A stretch of DNA of 64,000 nucleotides from Parasitella parasitica NRRL 2501 (Eukaryota; Fungi; Mucoromycota): contig MU619250.1 of NCBI GenBank assembly GCA_025201805.1, positions 1-64,000 on the forward strand, read 5' to 3'. Below the pieces are notes generated by a model that was not told where the DNA came from, searched no databases, and was given only the letters and a program-made list of their open reading frames with translations. Positions within the stretch are counted from its first letter, which is position 1. Every line of letters starts with the position of its first letter. The position numbers and the translations under genes were made by a program. Shown here one piece after another: positions 13,139 to 26,193 of this stretch.

Positions 13139-14844
13139 GCAAGCCAATATTCAATCATTCAATTCACACCAGTCACCAACATACTCCCGATCAGCAAAAT
13201 TGCATGAATTATAGTTGCCTCTTTGCTTTATCTCTTGAGCAGAAACAAATGATATAAAAACTAATCGGTTGAGTAATGCGGTATATAATTATGGCCATAT
13301 TGCTTAAACTTTATACATGTCTGGACCGAATATATTTTCATTGACAGATGGTAGAAGATGCAATGAGATGATAGCATTGGTTATTATCTTGAGCAGATAC
13401 GTATTATGTCTTATGTATTTGTACCTTGAATACGAATACGTATATGATGTATCTTTATGCGTAACTGAAAAGCACAGACTATTCTATAAATACATGCTCA
13501 CATAGCACGCTCTTTGATATTTCATTTAATAACCAAAGAAATTGTTGTTTAGGGACAATAGATAAGGCCTATCGCCGTTTTTCCTTGAAGCACAATATGC
13601 CTGCCATGGATCATAAAAGCTCTCGGAAATAATTAAATTCGATAGTGATTACTGCCTTCTTAGTCTCATAACTCGCAAAAAGGCTAGTGCTTTGCATACA
13701 ATTCGACTAAAATACAGTTTGGGTTGCCAGAATTAAATTATGCAGAAGAAATTTGTCGCAAAAAATAACATCCAAAACTCATTTTTTATTAATGGTGAAT
13801 TAGCTTTGATCAGGGAAGAAATAGACAACACCATATAATAATGATGGAAACAATACACAGTTTTTAATTTTCTATGTTAATCAACAACATTTATTGCCCA
13901 GATCAAGGAACACAAAATCACAATGGTGATAATGTGGGATATCTGCAAACTTTCATCTAAAAAAAATATGTTATGAATCGGCCCGACACACATTGTCAAT
14001 TAAAGCAAAAAACCGAGAGCAAACTAGTCAATTACTGGAAGGAAAATTTATTTTGATAATAATATACACATGTTATCTCATTATATGAGGGAGAAAAAGT
14101 ACCAGCAGGCATTCTTTAGCTATCATCATCGCGTTTATTTGTCTTGAAGGGATGTAATTTAAGCAGCAAGTAGTCTCAAACATGTACTTTAGCTTTCGAT
14201 TCTTTGTATGTACTAAGAAATTTATGAAGATTTTGCAGACATCCACACCAAGGCAAATGGAAGCTAGCGACTTTAATCGTCTAAAACTGCACACAAGCAC
14301 ATGCAATAGAGTTTAACAGATCAGTTCAATCTGTCATCTATTATTATGTGCTAAATTTGATTCTTAACTCAAATAATAACAACGTTGATGATCATCAAAA
14401 TGAAAGCATCATTATACCTGGTTTTTTTTTACAATTTTTAACAGGACATTGATTTTATTAATCTGCAAAAGCAAATCATGCTACACACACATCATTTATC
14501 ACGGTGATGCTTGTAGATTTGAATTCAAAATGCAAAACGATTTTCGTCCAATATAATGATGAATAAAAGACATCCAATGTCGATTCAGACTTCAAAAAGT
14601 TGAGCGGGTATTCAGCAATGTATGTCGAGATAATGGATAAACAAACGGTTTATCAGCCGTTGACATCTTTAGAACTGAAGGTTAAAGAAATAAACGTCAT
14701 CAATTCTTTGATTCAAATCCCAATTACCCTGGTGAAAAAATAAGGTGGGTAATGGGCCTCCCCACACTTTAATCCACGATGTAGACCTCTCTTCTGTTTC
14801 TTACTCCCTTCTCTTTCTTTATAACCATTTGAATTAAATTAATA

Positions 14845-15383
14845 ATGTCTGAAGCTGCTGATACACAAAAGTTGACCACCGGTAAGTGGGACAATTTAGC
14901 GTTTCATTTTGATTTCTTCTGTAGTAATTATCTTGTATTTTTTTTTTAAGCTGGTTTCGATGCTCGGTAACGTGTCGACTCTTATATTACAAATGACATG
15001 CAGAGAATATAAATTAACATTATACGTACATTTAGTTTCCCCAACACCAACCAAACCAAGCAGTATGTATTGTTCGACTTTAACAACTAGGAGATTTTAT
15101 TATTCACGGTTTTCCACTGATTTATTTAGCTGCTGGCAAAACTATGTTGACTACTACAAGTGTATCAACGCTCGTGGTGAAGAATTTGCTCCTTGCAAGC
15201 AGTTTTATAGAGCCTATCACTCTTTGTGCCCTAATGAATGGGTATGTATTGGTTTGAGGAAGAGGGAGAGGGTGTATGATTATTCGGTGTTGGAAAGGGC
15301 TAATCCACCATTTATACTTGTAGATTGAAAAATGGGATTCTCAAAGAGAAGAAGGTCGCAACCCCTCTAATTTTGAAGTTTAA
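14845..15383 (+). CDS. COX12: Cytochrome c oxidase subunit 6B (Cox12), 5 exons
   Basis: Exons 14845-14881, 14951-14966, 15036-15062, 15130-15241 and 15324-15383 splice to MSEAADTQKLTTAGFDARFPNTNQTKHCWQNYVDYYKCINARGEEFAPCKQFYRAYHSLCPNEWIEKWDSQREEGRNPSNFEV*. Twin CX9C/CX10C motif present. Confidence 0.97.
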
Positions 15384-15519
15384 ACCTGTTTTCCTACCAA
15401 ATAAATGAAGCCGTTTTCTTTTTATTACGTTATAAGTTATTGTGAGATATACACGTCTTTATTGATGATGGTACAAGGAAAAGGAGGAAACGTATTTACA
15501 GGGAATTATCTAAAAAACA

Positions 15520-16416
15520 TCAAGTTGCAGCTGCCATCAATAAACGACGTCTTTGCCACCAAACAGTGCTTCCTCTTATAACAGTTGATTTCGGCATAAA
15601 TTTGTTTGTATCGATAATGTGTGTCAATTGGCTTCCCACATCATCGTCTTCTTGTTCCTCATCATTGATGTTCTGCAAATCATCATTCTTGCTCGCACTT
15701 TTATCAATCAGCTCTTTCATATATCTACTTTGAATCATGTCTCTCTTTACTCCACCGAGACATAATCGCTGCAATCCGGATCCTGCATTAATTTGATGAT
15801 GCAAGATATTTTCCATCTCTATATTTACACGCTGGACAACAGAATTGAAGAATGTCGAGCCTAGACATCGAGAATCGCTGAGGCTAATAGTTTGTAGTGT
15901 AGGGCAATGTGTGATCATGGCAGTAAGGGTATCTTCAGAAACTCGTTCTGTATTATTAAATATACAAATTTGTCGTATTTTTTTACACCGCAAAGGAATG
16001 TATCGCATTGATTTGTCTGTGAGCTGGTAAGCATTGCCTATGCTTAGATATTCAAGTGTGGAGCCGCATCGGTCTGCTATTGTTGCCAGGCTTGAGTCGG
16101 TGATGGGGGTGCTCCCCATGATTTCGATAGATTTTAACTGTGGATTTGTAATTGCCAGCTTGCATAGCGTTGAGCTTTGAATAGTCGTGCAATTGCTAAG
16201 GGTGATGGATTCTAGACTCCCTGATGTCAAAAATTTAGCCATTTCATAAACAGAATCATCTGTTTTTGGTGAATAGGATGCAAGTCGGATGGATTTTAGT
16301 TTCAAGCAGTTGTGAGCGAAATGAGCTAAGGGCAAAACTGGAGTATGTCTAGGCTGTGGCGGAGGTTGTTGCTGGCGATGATTTTGCTGTAGCTGCACTT
16401 GCTGCACTTGCTGCTC

Positions 16417-16453
<37 letters not shown>

Positions 16454-16974
16454 TGCTGTTGCTGCTGCTGTTGCTGTCTTGCGATGATGGGCAGTGGTAA
16501 GGTAGGTCTTTGAGCTGGGGGTGATGGCTTTCTATTTATTAGCAAATGTTGCGCTACGGGTGGCGCAACTAATCGGGTATGATGAAATGTGATGGAAATA
16601 GACTCGAGCTTCGGACATAACATGGTGATTAGGAAGATATGATTCGAACTGATACCAAAGTCTTTATCCGAGTGAATCAGTTCTAGCGATGTAATTAAAT
16701 TTCCATATGCTATTGAGGTTGATCTTTTCGACAGAATATGGAATATGCGTTCGAACTCTTTTTCTTTGACAAATTTAAAGGTGGACCATAGTTTTTTGGC
16801 TGCTTTCTGGTGCCAGCTTTTGGAAACGAGGGACGCTGCTAACAAGTCCTTTCCCGCATCAAGAAAGGAGAATATATGATCGAGACATGAATCTATTTTG
16901 TTGCCGTTGGGATTAATTGTAAACGTTGTAGTGGTTGAAGTTGGAGTAATCTTTAAAAGAGCATCTCTTGTCAT
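15520..16974 (-). CDS. F-box / leucine-rich-repeat (RNI-like) protein with polyQ insert, intronless
   Basis: F-box-like segment CLDHIFSFLDAGKDLLAASLVSKSWHQKAAKKLW. Cys-containing LRRs (CPKLESISI, CLKLKSIRL, ITDSSLATIADRCGSTLEYLSI, LTDKSMRYIPLRCKKIRQICI). First ATG at 16974. Confidence 0.85.
16411..16476 (-). repeat. CAG/CAA trinucleotide repeat encoding polyQ
   Basis: (tgc)n/(tgt) run on the plus strand, translating to a run of about 19 Q in the F-box/LRR ORF. Confidence 0.95.
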
Positions 16975-17212
16975 AAATGCCAACAATAATGTGTATTCAA
17001 ATGATTACAAATCAATTTATATACACTGCAGATTTACGCGAGAGTTTTTTCTTTCAAACTAAAGACAAGAGAGTGGAAAAAAAAAAGAGCACAGAGAAAC
17101 AATCTTCCTTATTTTATTCCTACAAGAAAAAAAAACAGTCAGTGAAAATAGCCTTTTTGTTGTAGCAGCATCCAAATTAAATATGGAATGAGCTGGGGTG
17201 GAGGCACACTTA

Positions 17213-17227
17213 CACACACACACACAC
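17213..17227. repeat. (AC)n microsatellite
   Basis: acacacacacacaca upstream of the F-box gene. Confidence 0.8.
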
Positions 17228-18208
17228 GCACAAAAGTTTCAGAAAGGGAGTGTTAGTTATTCTTATTAAGGCAACTATGATATCATGAATTCTGTGTAGC
17301 ACATGTCATTCGGTTGTGCAGCGCTTACATATTTTCATTATCCGTAGTCAAAATGGTAAATTCAGGGCAAAATCCAAGATCTATTCTTAATCAAACAATC
17401 AGTCAACGCATTCGTATAAGATGAGCCATTAATATCAGAATACTTTATTATATCCCACTCGTCTCAGCATTTCAATGTAGTAATGCAATATTCCCAAGAT
17501 GCAATAGACATTTATTTCCATTTACAACATCTAGGAGTTTCTTTTCACATTAAATATGTACCCGCCTCTGAAAAATGATGAATCTTATTGTAACTGCAAA
17601 GTTCTATTTGTAATAAACATATACAAAATGGAATATTCTCGAGTGCTTTTGTAATATGATGCAACTGAATCATTTAAAGACTCTTCACATGCTTGCACAT
17701 TGTATGCATATTCATTTTTTGATACGATCCAAGATACTTGCATGGCTTATTATCAGAACGTATCAAGATGATCCTTTCCTGTCTAATGCTGCATGTCACT
17801 GTTACTGAAGCGAGAAGATACCGCGATTCCAGATTCTTTGTCGCAGTATTGCTGTCCTTCTGATTCAAAATCATCACATGCGATTAGCCTAGATCTGCCT
17901 AATAAACGCTATACTACATGGTAAATGCAAAAGAAATGGTGGCATACTACTGTAACGCCGCGTGTTTATCAACCAAAAATTGGCAATTCTGGAAGCACAC
18001 TTGGATTACTATATTAGTTTGCTATAGGATTATGACAATTACTACAACAGGGATAAAAGGGGGGGATGTACATCTTTGACATTTAGCAAGCATCTTTCGC
18101 CGTTTTCATCGCACTGAACTCAGCTTTCTGCATTTATAATCTTCTTCGGTGACACGCATAAACCCAAGCTTTTCTTCTTTTATCGCCTGTGGTTCGCTCT
18201 AATTTGTC

Positions 18209-21195
18209 ATGGCAACTATCGATGCGTCTGAGGAATTGATTCTTTCTCCTGATTTATCTTCATCAATCATTATTGACCAGCGCAACAAGGCTTTCATCAC
18301 ATTTTACTGCTACTCATCTGTTGAGCGACGCATTGAATTATGGACAAATCTTTCACAGAATGGTAGGTGGACCGGGATACCGTTTACTCAACAGCACAAT
18401 AGCCCAAACGAATATACACTGCAAATGAATACATGTCAGCTGCCTCCTGGCAAATACGAGTTCACCATGAGATATTCCACGGCTCTTCTTAAACTCGAGA
18501 CGAACAGCGTTCCTGATTGCTGGTTTTGGTATGGAAGGCCCAATCAAAACGGAGCCATCCACATTGTTCAGCAAAAAAACGCCACGCCCACTGCACCATC
18601 ATTCGCAAAAGTGCCTCAGCTTTGTTTTGTAGCCAAAGAGCATGACAGCCTTGTAAATCTTTGGCATTTCAGGACTCGGACAGAGCAAAAAATGCCATTC
18701 TCGCTTGGGAAGCTTCAACACCCTATGCATCGCTATGTTTGTTTGATACAGAAAGGGTATTTATGAGTTGAATTATGCATGTACAATGGGTTGGCTAATG
18801 CGTCCGTTTTTTTTTGGGGGGGTGGACAAAAGATCTACCTGGATAACTCCTGTTACAGGTGCTAATAACTTTCAGGGTCGAAACATAAGCGAGAAATGTC
18901 AGCTTCTCTTGTACCAAGACGCTGAAAACGGTGATATTCATCTTTGGATTGTTTTATGTCAATATGCAGACTGTTATCTATCGTTTGAGCCAAATGACTC
19001 GATCAATTTCCATCATAAACCAGGAAAAGACGCACATCTATTGATTGCTTCCACTTCTAATAGGAGACACTTTGCTCAGTTGATACAAACGGCACATGAT
19101 TACTATCAAAATTCCATCAAACAAGAAAGAAGCGCTACCGTAGCCAATTCACCAATGTTAGCTTCAGATAATATCCTGCTGGAAAAGTTGGGCTACTGTA
19201 CCTGGAATGCGTTTGGCCAAAATGTTGATATAGCGAAGGTCAAGCTCGCCTTGGACAGCCTTAAAGCTCACGATATACCAGTAGGATACCTTATGATAGA
19301 CGATGGGTGGCAATCTGTAACAGAAAAGCGTCAAATGGCAGGATTTGATGCATGTCCCTCAAAGTTTCCAGGTGGACTAGCTAGGATAGTGGCTCAATTG
19401 AAAGCAGATTATACATTCATTGAATGTATTGGTGTGTGGCACGTAGGCTTTCGATGCTTTCATTAAATTTGCCTTCAAACATTTACTCTATATCATTTCG
19501 TAGGCTTTGTGGGGATACTGGAATGGCATAGATCAACGTTTCGCCGAGAAAAATAATTATAATTGGTCCTTCAACCGCCAAAATCATGAGCAAGTAGGAA
19601 TAATAGAGAATCCCAAGGCATTCTACAATGATTTCTACAAGTTTTTGAATGAGTCAGGAATTGATTTTGTCAAAGTTGACAACCAGGGGAGCTTTCAAGA
19701 GTTATCTGATACTAAGGATGAGCAAAATATAAGCTTGTGGGATGATTTTAGACAGGCGATGGTTAACAGCGGCGACACATTTCTTCAAAGTCAGGTTTTG
19801 CATTGCATGTCGTTGACACCCCATGCGCTGTATGATCCGATTCTTTCTCAGAAGAGACAATCGATTTTCAGGTATGTGCATGACAATTATACGTTTCGAC
19901 GCATTGGATGCAGTTTTAATGCGGGTATGTATACGCACTTGCTAGAAACAGCGACGACTTCTTTCCTGACGAAAACGACAGCCATGCATGGCATATTTAT
20001 GCCAATGTAATGAATTCACTGCTAACGGCACGTTGCTTTGCTATTGGAGACTGGGATATGTTTCAATCAGATCACTTGTTTGCCGAATACCATGCATCTA
20101 GGTATTATATATATTTTTCCCTGTTGTACATCTATTTCATGCACTTACAGAACTGCCATTCATACATTTAGTCGAGCTATATCAGGAGGCCCAGTGTATA
20201 TTACTGATAATCCCGGAAAACATAATGTAGATCTCATTTACAAACTCGTTGCTAATACCAAACATTCCGGATATACAGTTCTACGATCTTCTCAGGCACC
20301 ACAGCCTACATTTGAAACAGTATTCAGCAATTCCATGGACTCTCAATCGCTTATCTCTCTCTACAACATACACCACGAATTGCACCTCGAAAACAAAGGA
20401 TCCAGAGAGCTGGCTACGACGCCTGTGTATGGCGTATGTGGATTTTGGAACACAGGGCCGCGTGAGCAGCTGGCTGTTGTCACAAGTGATCTGTTTTGCT
20501 TTAGGAAATTAGCCATGGTCCCAATAGTTGCTTATGTGATCAGTGGTCCAGATGAGGGAAAGATTGTACCACTCGAACAGTCTCATAGCTATCCGAACGA
20601 TGATGACAGTGGTAGCATAAAAAGTGCTAGCAGTATTTGCAGCAGTAGCTGTAGCAGCATTAACAGCGTGGACATCAGCAGCTCAATGCCTGCGGTCGTG
20701 CAGCCGCATATGGATGGAAATATGTCACCAGAAGCATTGGTGGCTAGAGTACGCAGTTTTGGATCTACATTAGTGTCCGTGAGCACCGTACAATTCACTG
20801 GCCTCCTGTCTATGGCTTGTTTGGGTTTAATTGACAAGTTTAATGGAACAGTATGTATTCTGCACACCGAAATCATACAACACGACCAACCATGCCACTG
20901 GTATGCTACGTTTGTGGCTCATCTGTCCCATCAAAGCTCAGCCTGTGGTTTCTGGATCAAAACTCATGATAGCTCGAAGCGAAAAAACTCGAGTATCCTC
21001 GTTGGTTTAGCTCCTGATCGTGTACGTATTGATAACCGTATTCTTGATCCGAAGGATTGGAATTGGTGTTTATCAGCTGGCTTACTTACTGTTGATATGA
21101 TGTCTGTTCCATCGAATACTCACAGAGGAGCCTCGACCATCGATAAAATATTCATCATTCAAATTGATGTCATAAAAACAAAAGTAACCGTATAG
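18209..21195 (+). CDS. GH36 raffinose synthase / Sip1-type alpha-galactosidase, multi-exon
   Basis: Motifs LGYCTWNAF, MIDDGWQ, GVWH|ALWGYWNGI, GIDFVKVDNQ (nucleophile), HCMS, R|NSDDFFP (acid/base), DWDMFQSDH and RAISGGPVYITDNPGKHN after removing GT-AG introns. Confidence 0.92.
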
Positions 21196-22621
21196 ACAAA
21201 CCTAAACAAATTCTTGGATTAAGGGCTTTTTGAGCCATTACTGATAAATAATCGTTTTTTAAGCTTTTATTGACATGACCTTCTCCGTGTACTAGGCGTC
21301 TTAATGAACTAGTTGCATCGCCAGCTTCCAAAGGAGCGTTTATAAACATTGATTTATAGACGCAATTATGCGATATTTTCAAGCATACCGCTGTATTTGT
21401 TGTATTCTAGCATTTCAATAATACTCCAGGCCTTTTGAAGCTAATAATTGAAATTTACAAAAGTTTTTAAAAAAAGCACCGTTTTAATGTAAGTTGCGAC
21501 TTCATGTTATCCATTAAAGGTGAATGGCACCGAATCTCGTGAATGTATTTCATTCAGCGGTTTTAGTAGAAAACAAACTTTTGCTTAATTTAAGCATTCA
21601 AAGCCTAAAATTTTGATTTTTTGACTTTTCGTCCGAAAAAACATTTTCGTAATAAAGATTGATTGCTGCTTTGCAAAATGAAAGTAAATTAAATTTACAA
21701 CTGCCCTTTCTTGTCTTTATTTAATTAAAGGTTTATAGATTTGATAATGTATCTTGTCTTGGTTCAATATCGTCATTCTTAAAAGAGAACTTTAAAGCAA
21801 ATGTGGAATATCTGCTCGTGACACTTGCTAACTGCTTAGGTATAAAAGGATGTATTTGTTGCCAGATAAAGGTTATGACATAGAGAAGAGCTCAGATTTA
21901 TGTATACTTGACCACTGTCAAACTAGTTCAGGTGCATAGCGGCTGTTTTGTTGTTGCATCGTTTGGGATGCAAACAAATTGTCTGAAAACCTAAATAACG
22001 TAAATCGACTCAATGTAAACACCTAAAAAGAGAGTTTACAGAAATTATGAGTCATTCTTGACTGTGTAACAAATTTAGATAATATATTCTTCATAATGTA
22101 TAATCGTCTGTTTTATCATGCAGGTGTTTATGCCTTTCAGTAGAATTGACCAGAATGGAGATTTTTTTTTTTGCCTTGCACGTATTTGACAGGTCATTGA
22201 ATCAAGTTTCTCATTGATTTTCAAAATAGCAAATATTTATAATTGCAAATCGTTAGGAGCCATTTTTGTTCGATGAGAATCATTGCTGATTCTTGACGTT
22301 CGAAAATAGTTTGTAATATGCATCAAACCAGCGTATCATAATGTAATAAGAATAAATTTTCGAATGCAGATGATTCTTTTTACGTAAAACCCGAAATGAT
22401 GCACGCACAAAAAGGAAATTAGTCAGAAAAGCTATTAAATGCTAAGGCCATTGGCCATTGTTCACTTTGACTTTTTTTTTTTTTTTTTTTGGATTACAAA
22501 CACCCTTTTCATTTTGCTATAAAACGGCGAGAAAAAAGTGTCTTTTTATATATACCTTTTATTTCTATTCTTTTATCGAAATTTGATATAATTCAGGCAA
22601 GATTCACAAATACACATCACC

Positions 22622-25600
22622 ATGACCGAAAAGGAAAATAATGTCAACAATGACTGGCATGCAAGGTCTATTGAACAAGTGGTAGATCACTTTGAAACTT
22701 CATTGGAAAATGGTCTTTCTACAAACGAGATTATATCAAGACATGCTACTTATGGATTCAATGAGTTGTCTGCAGGCGGCCGCCCTACATGGCTCAAGGT
22801 CATGGTCGGACAATTGTTGGATATTATGAACTGGATCTTTATCGCACTTGCCATTGCCTGTTACTGTTTAGCTGACTACATAACCGGATCATTGCTGATG
22901 TTCATCGCGCTGCTCAATTTATATCTTGGGTTCTCTCAGGAATATGCTGCAGAACAAACACTAGCTGCTCTTCGAAACCTTTCATCTCCTATGGCCGAAG
23001 TTATCCGTGATGGCAATGAACAGTCAATTCCAAGCCGCGAAATAGTGCCTGGGGATATCCTGCTTGTTAAAGAGGGTGACTCCGTTGGCGCTGATGCTAG
23101 ATTAGTGTATGTGTCTAATCTCGAATCGGACGAAGCATTGCTGACAGGTGAATCACTGCCCGTTACTAAGCAACTGATTGTTCTCGAAAACCCTGGCAAG
23201 TAGCTCTATTCAATGTCTATCAAATGAATTGCATCTAACCTACTCCTTTGCATATGTATTTTAGATGAGCCTTTGGGTGATCGTATCAATATGCTCTACT
23301 CTTCTACTATTATTTCCAAAGGCAGAGGTAAAGCCATTGTCACTTCAACCGGCATGTACACAGAGATCGGTAAAGTCGCTTCTAAACTAAACGATGCAAG
23401 TGATTCTGATCGTACCCGCCTTCAAAAGAGCCTTGATAAAATGTACTTTATACTACTCGTTGCATCTGTCATCTGCGTCATTATTGTCCTGGCGTCTGTC
23501 AAATTCAACGTGGACTACGATACGGGAATGTACGCCATCACCAGTGCTTTGTCTGTTTTACCTGCCGGTCTGACAACCGTAATGACAGTTACGCTTGTTT
23601 TGGGCGGTAAAGAGATGACTCGACAAAAGGCTATTGTCCGTAAGCTAAAGTGTTTGGAGACTTTGGGCTCTGTTACCAATATTTTCTCTGACAAGACCGG
23701 CACTTTGACCATGGCTAAGATGGTTGTTGTGCGTTTCTGGATCCCAGTTCAAGGCTTTTTCTACGTTACGCCCAATGGTCTTGCTCCTAAGGGTGATGTT
23801 TTCTGCACCAACAACAACCTGTCCGACAAGATTAGTGACGATGCAGATGCCGAGTACGTTGACAAGACTAATCTGTCGCCTGATATGGCTCATTTGGTTC
23901 GCTGTGCTGCTCTCTGTAATATGTCCAGTATCTATCAACGTAACGAAAATGACGTTGTTATTGAAGACGACAAGAAGATGGCCGCGATTGACAATGAGGA
24001 TACTGAATCCGATGATTGGATTGCTAGCGGCGCTCCTACAGAAGTCGCTCTTCAAGTGTTTGCGCATAAATTCGGCATGGGTAAGCCTGACTTAGAGATT
24101 AATGGCTGGGAATTACTCGCCGAATATCAGTTCGATTCTACCATCAAGCGCATGACAACCATCTGTCTGGACAAAAACACTGGCTTGATTTATGCTTTCA
24201 CCAAAGGTGCTGCTGAACGTGTTGTCGAACTCTGCAACAACACGACTACTGCGGCAGAACGCGAGCCTGTACTAGAGAATGTAAATCTCTTGGCTGCCAA
24301 AGGCCTTCGTGTCATGGCCATGTCTTATCGCAAGTTGGATTTGCCTTCTGATGTAACTGCAGAAGAACTACAGCAGGGCTCTCGTGATGACATTGAACGC
24401 GACTTGACTTTCCTGGGCCTTACTGGCATTTATGACCCTCCTAGAAAGGAGTCTAGACAAGCTGTCAGTGAAGCTCACCGTGCTGGTATCTCTGTCCACA
24501 TGCTTACTGGCGATCATGAAATTACGGCCACTGCTATTGCAAAGGAAATCAACATCTTGAACAAGAACTTGACCCCACAAGATCTCAAGCGTTTAGTCAT
24601 GACGGGCACTGCTTTCGACGCCATGACAGATGAGGCGATCGATGCACTTGCTGATCTGCCTCTTGTGGTTGCTCGCTGCTCTCCTGAAACAAAGGTGAAA
24701 ATGATCCAAGCATCTTCTCGCCGTAATAACATTGCTGCTATGACTGGCGATGGTGTTAATGATTCACCGTCATTAAGAATCGCTGACGTTGGAATCTCTA
24801 TGGGCAAAAATGGCAGTGATGTTGCCAAACAGGCTTCGGATATCATCTTGACTGATGATAACTTTGCTACTATTATCCGTGCTATTGCCGAAGGTCGTCG
24901 TATCTACCAAAATATGCAACGTTTCCTGCTTTACTATTGGATTTTGCTATTCAGTTTAGCTATTGTTGTGTTGGTCTGTTTGGCCGTTCGTGATCCCGCT
25001 GGTCGTAGCGCAGCCCCTATGTCTACTCTCCAGATGATTTACATTTATATTGCCATCACGCCTCCTGCAGGCTCTCTGAGTACTCAGCCAGCTTCTCAAA
25101 CTGTAATGAAGGAGCCACCTCGACCGCCCACTGAAAGCATTTTCAATCGCGAAATTATCATGGACACCATTGCCTACTCGCTTGGTGTCACTATTGTCTG
25201 TCTGGTTGCTTTCTTTGTTCCCCTCTATGCTATCGGTGATGGCGTTGGTGGCGTTAATTGTGATTCCAATTATGTTGCTGGTGCTTGCGATTCTTTCTTC
25301 AAGGGCCGCGCTTCTCTTCTAGTAGCATTCACTTTCTCCTCCTTGGTCATTATGGTACACTGCAGATCTTACCGTAATGTGGAATGGAATGTTGCTGGCG
25401 TTCGTGAGACTCTCCGCTCCAAGACGTTTGTAGGCACCTTGATTTTCGATATTATCACCTTGGTTCTCTTTATCTACATTCCTGTTGTTGCTATTGAGGG
25501 CTTTAGGATGATGGCCATCACATGGGAATGGGGATTAGATATGGGTCTTGTTATCTTTATTATTTTATACGGCGAAGCTTTCAAGTGGTGTAAACGACGC

Positions 25601-25678
25601 TTTTTGAAGCCTATGGATTCCGGCGCAGTAGACGACGAGTGCGATTATGACCAAGAGAATACTATCAAGAACAGCTAA
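22622..25678 (+). CDS. P-type cation-transporting ATPase, ENA-like (type IID) but divergent; 2 exons
   Basis: LLTGES, SDKTGTLT, FDSTIKRM, KGAAE, MLTGD, LPLVVARCSPETKVKMI (ENA-typical) and MTGDGVNDSPSL. TM4 reads VLPAGL without Glu, as in ENA pumps. One intron at ~23199-23264. Confidence 0.88.
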
Positions 25679-26193
25679 GGAAAATTGAAAACCCATTGTA
25701 TACATGTGCAAATGCAAGTCTCATGTATGCTTGGACACAAATCACATTAATGTACACACAGCATTCTTTTTATATAACTTGCATTTAGTCTTTTAATCCG
25801 TCAATTGTACTTAATTTACACACTTCTTTTGAAATGAACAAACTCTTTATAATTTTGTTATGTATTTATGTGTGCACTACATATTTCGTTAGAGTATCAT
25901 CCATCCATATGAAAGTCTTCAATCAAGCCTATTCATATGGAGAGTTGGTCAACTTTCTCCAGCCTCCTGTCTTCATCTTATTATTTGTTCGGGCTATGAT
26001 AGATTCTTATACACACAGGCAAATGCGGTCTTTTTATGTATTTGATATTAGCGTTCTTGAAAATCGGGTTTGTTTTTTATTGTTGATCAGGATTTATTAT
26101 GGAATAATACTGATAGTGAAATGGTGACAAAACTTTGTAATTACAAGCATATGGGGATGAGTATTCTGATTTTATTGCCTGGTTTCATGGTCC

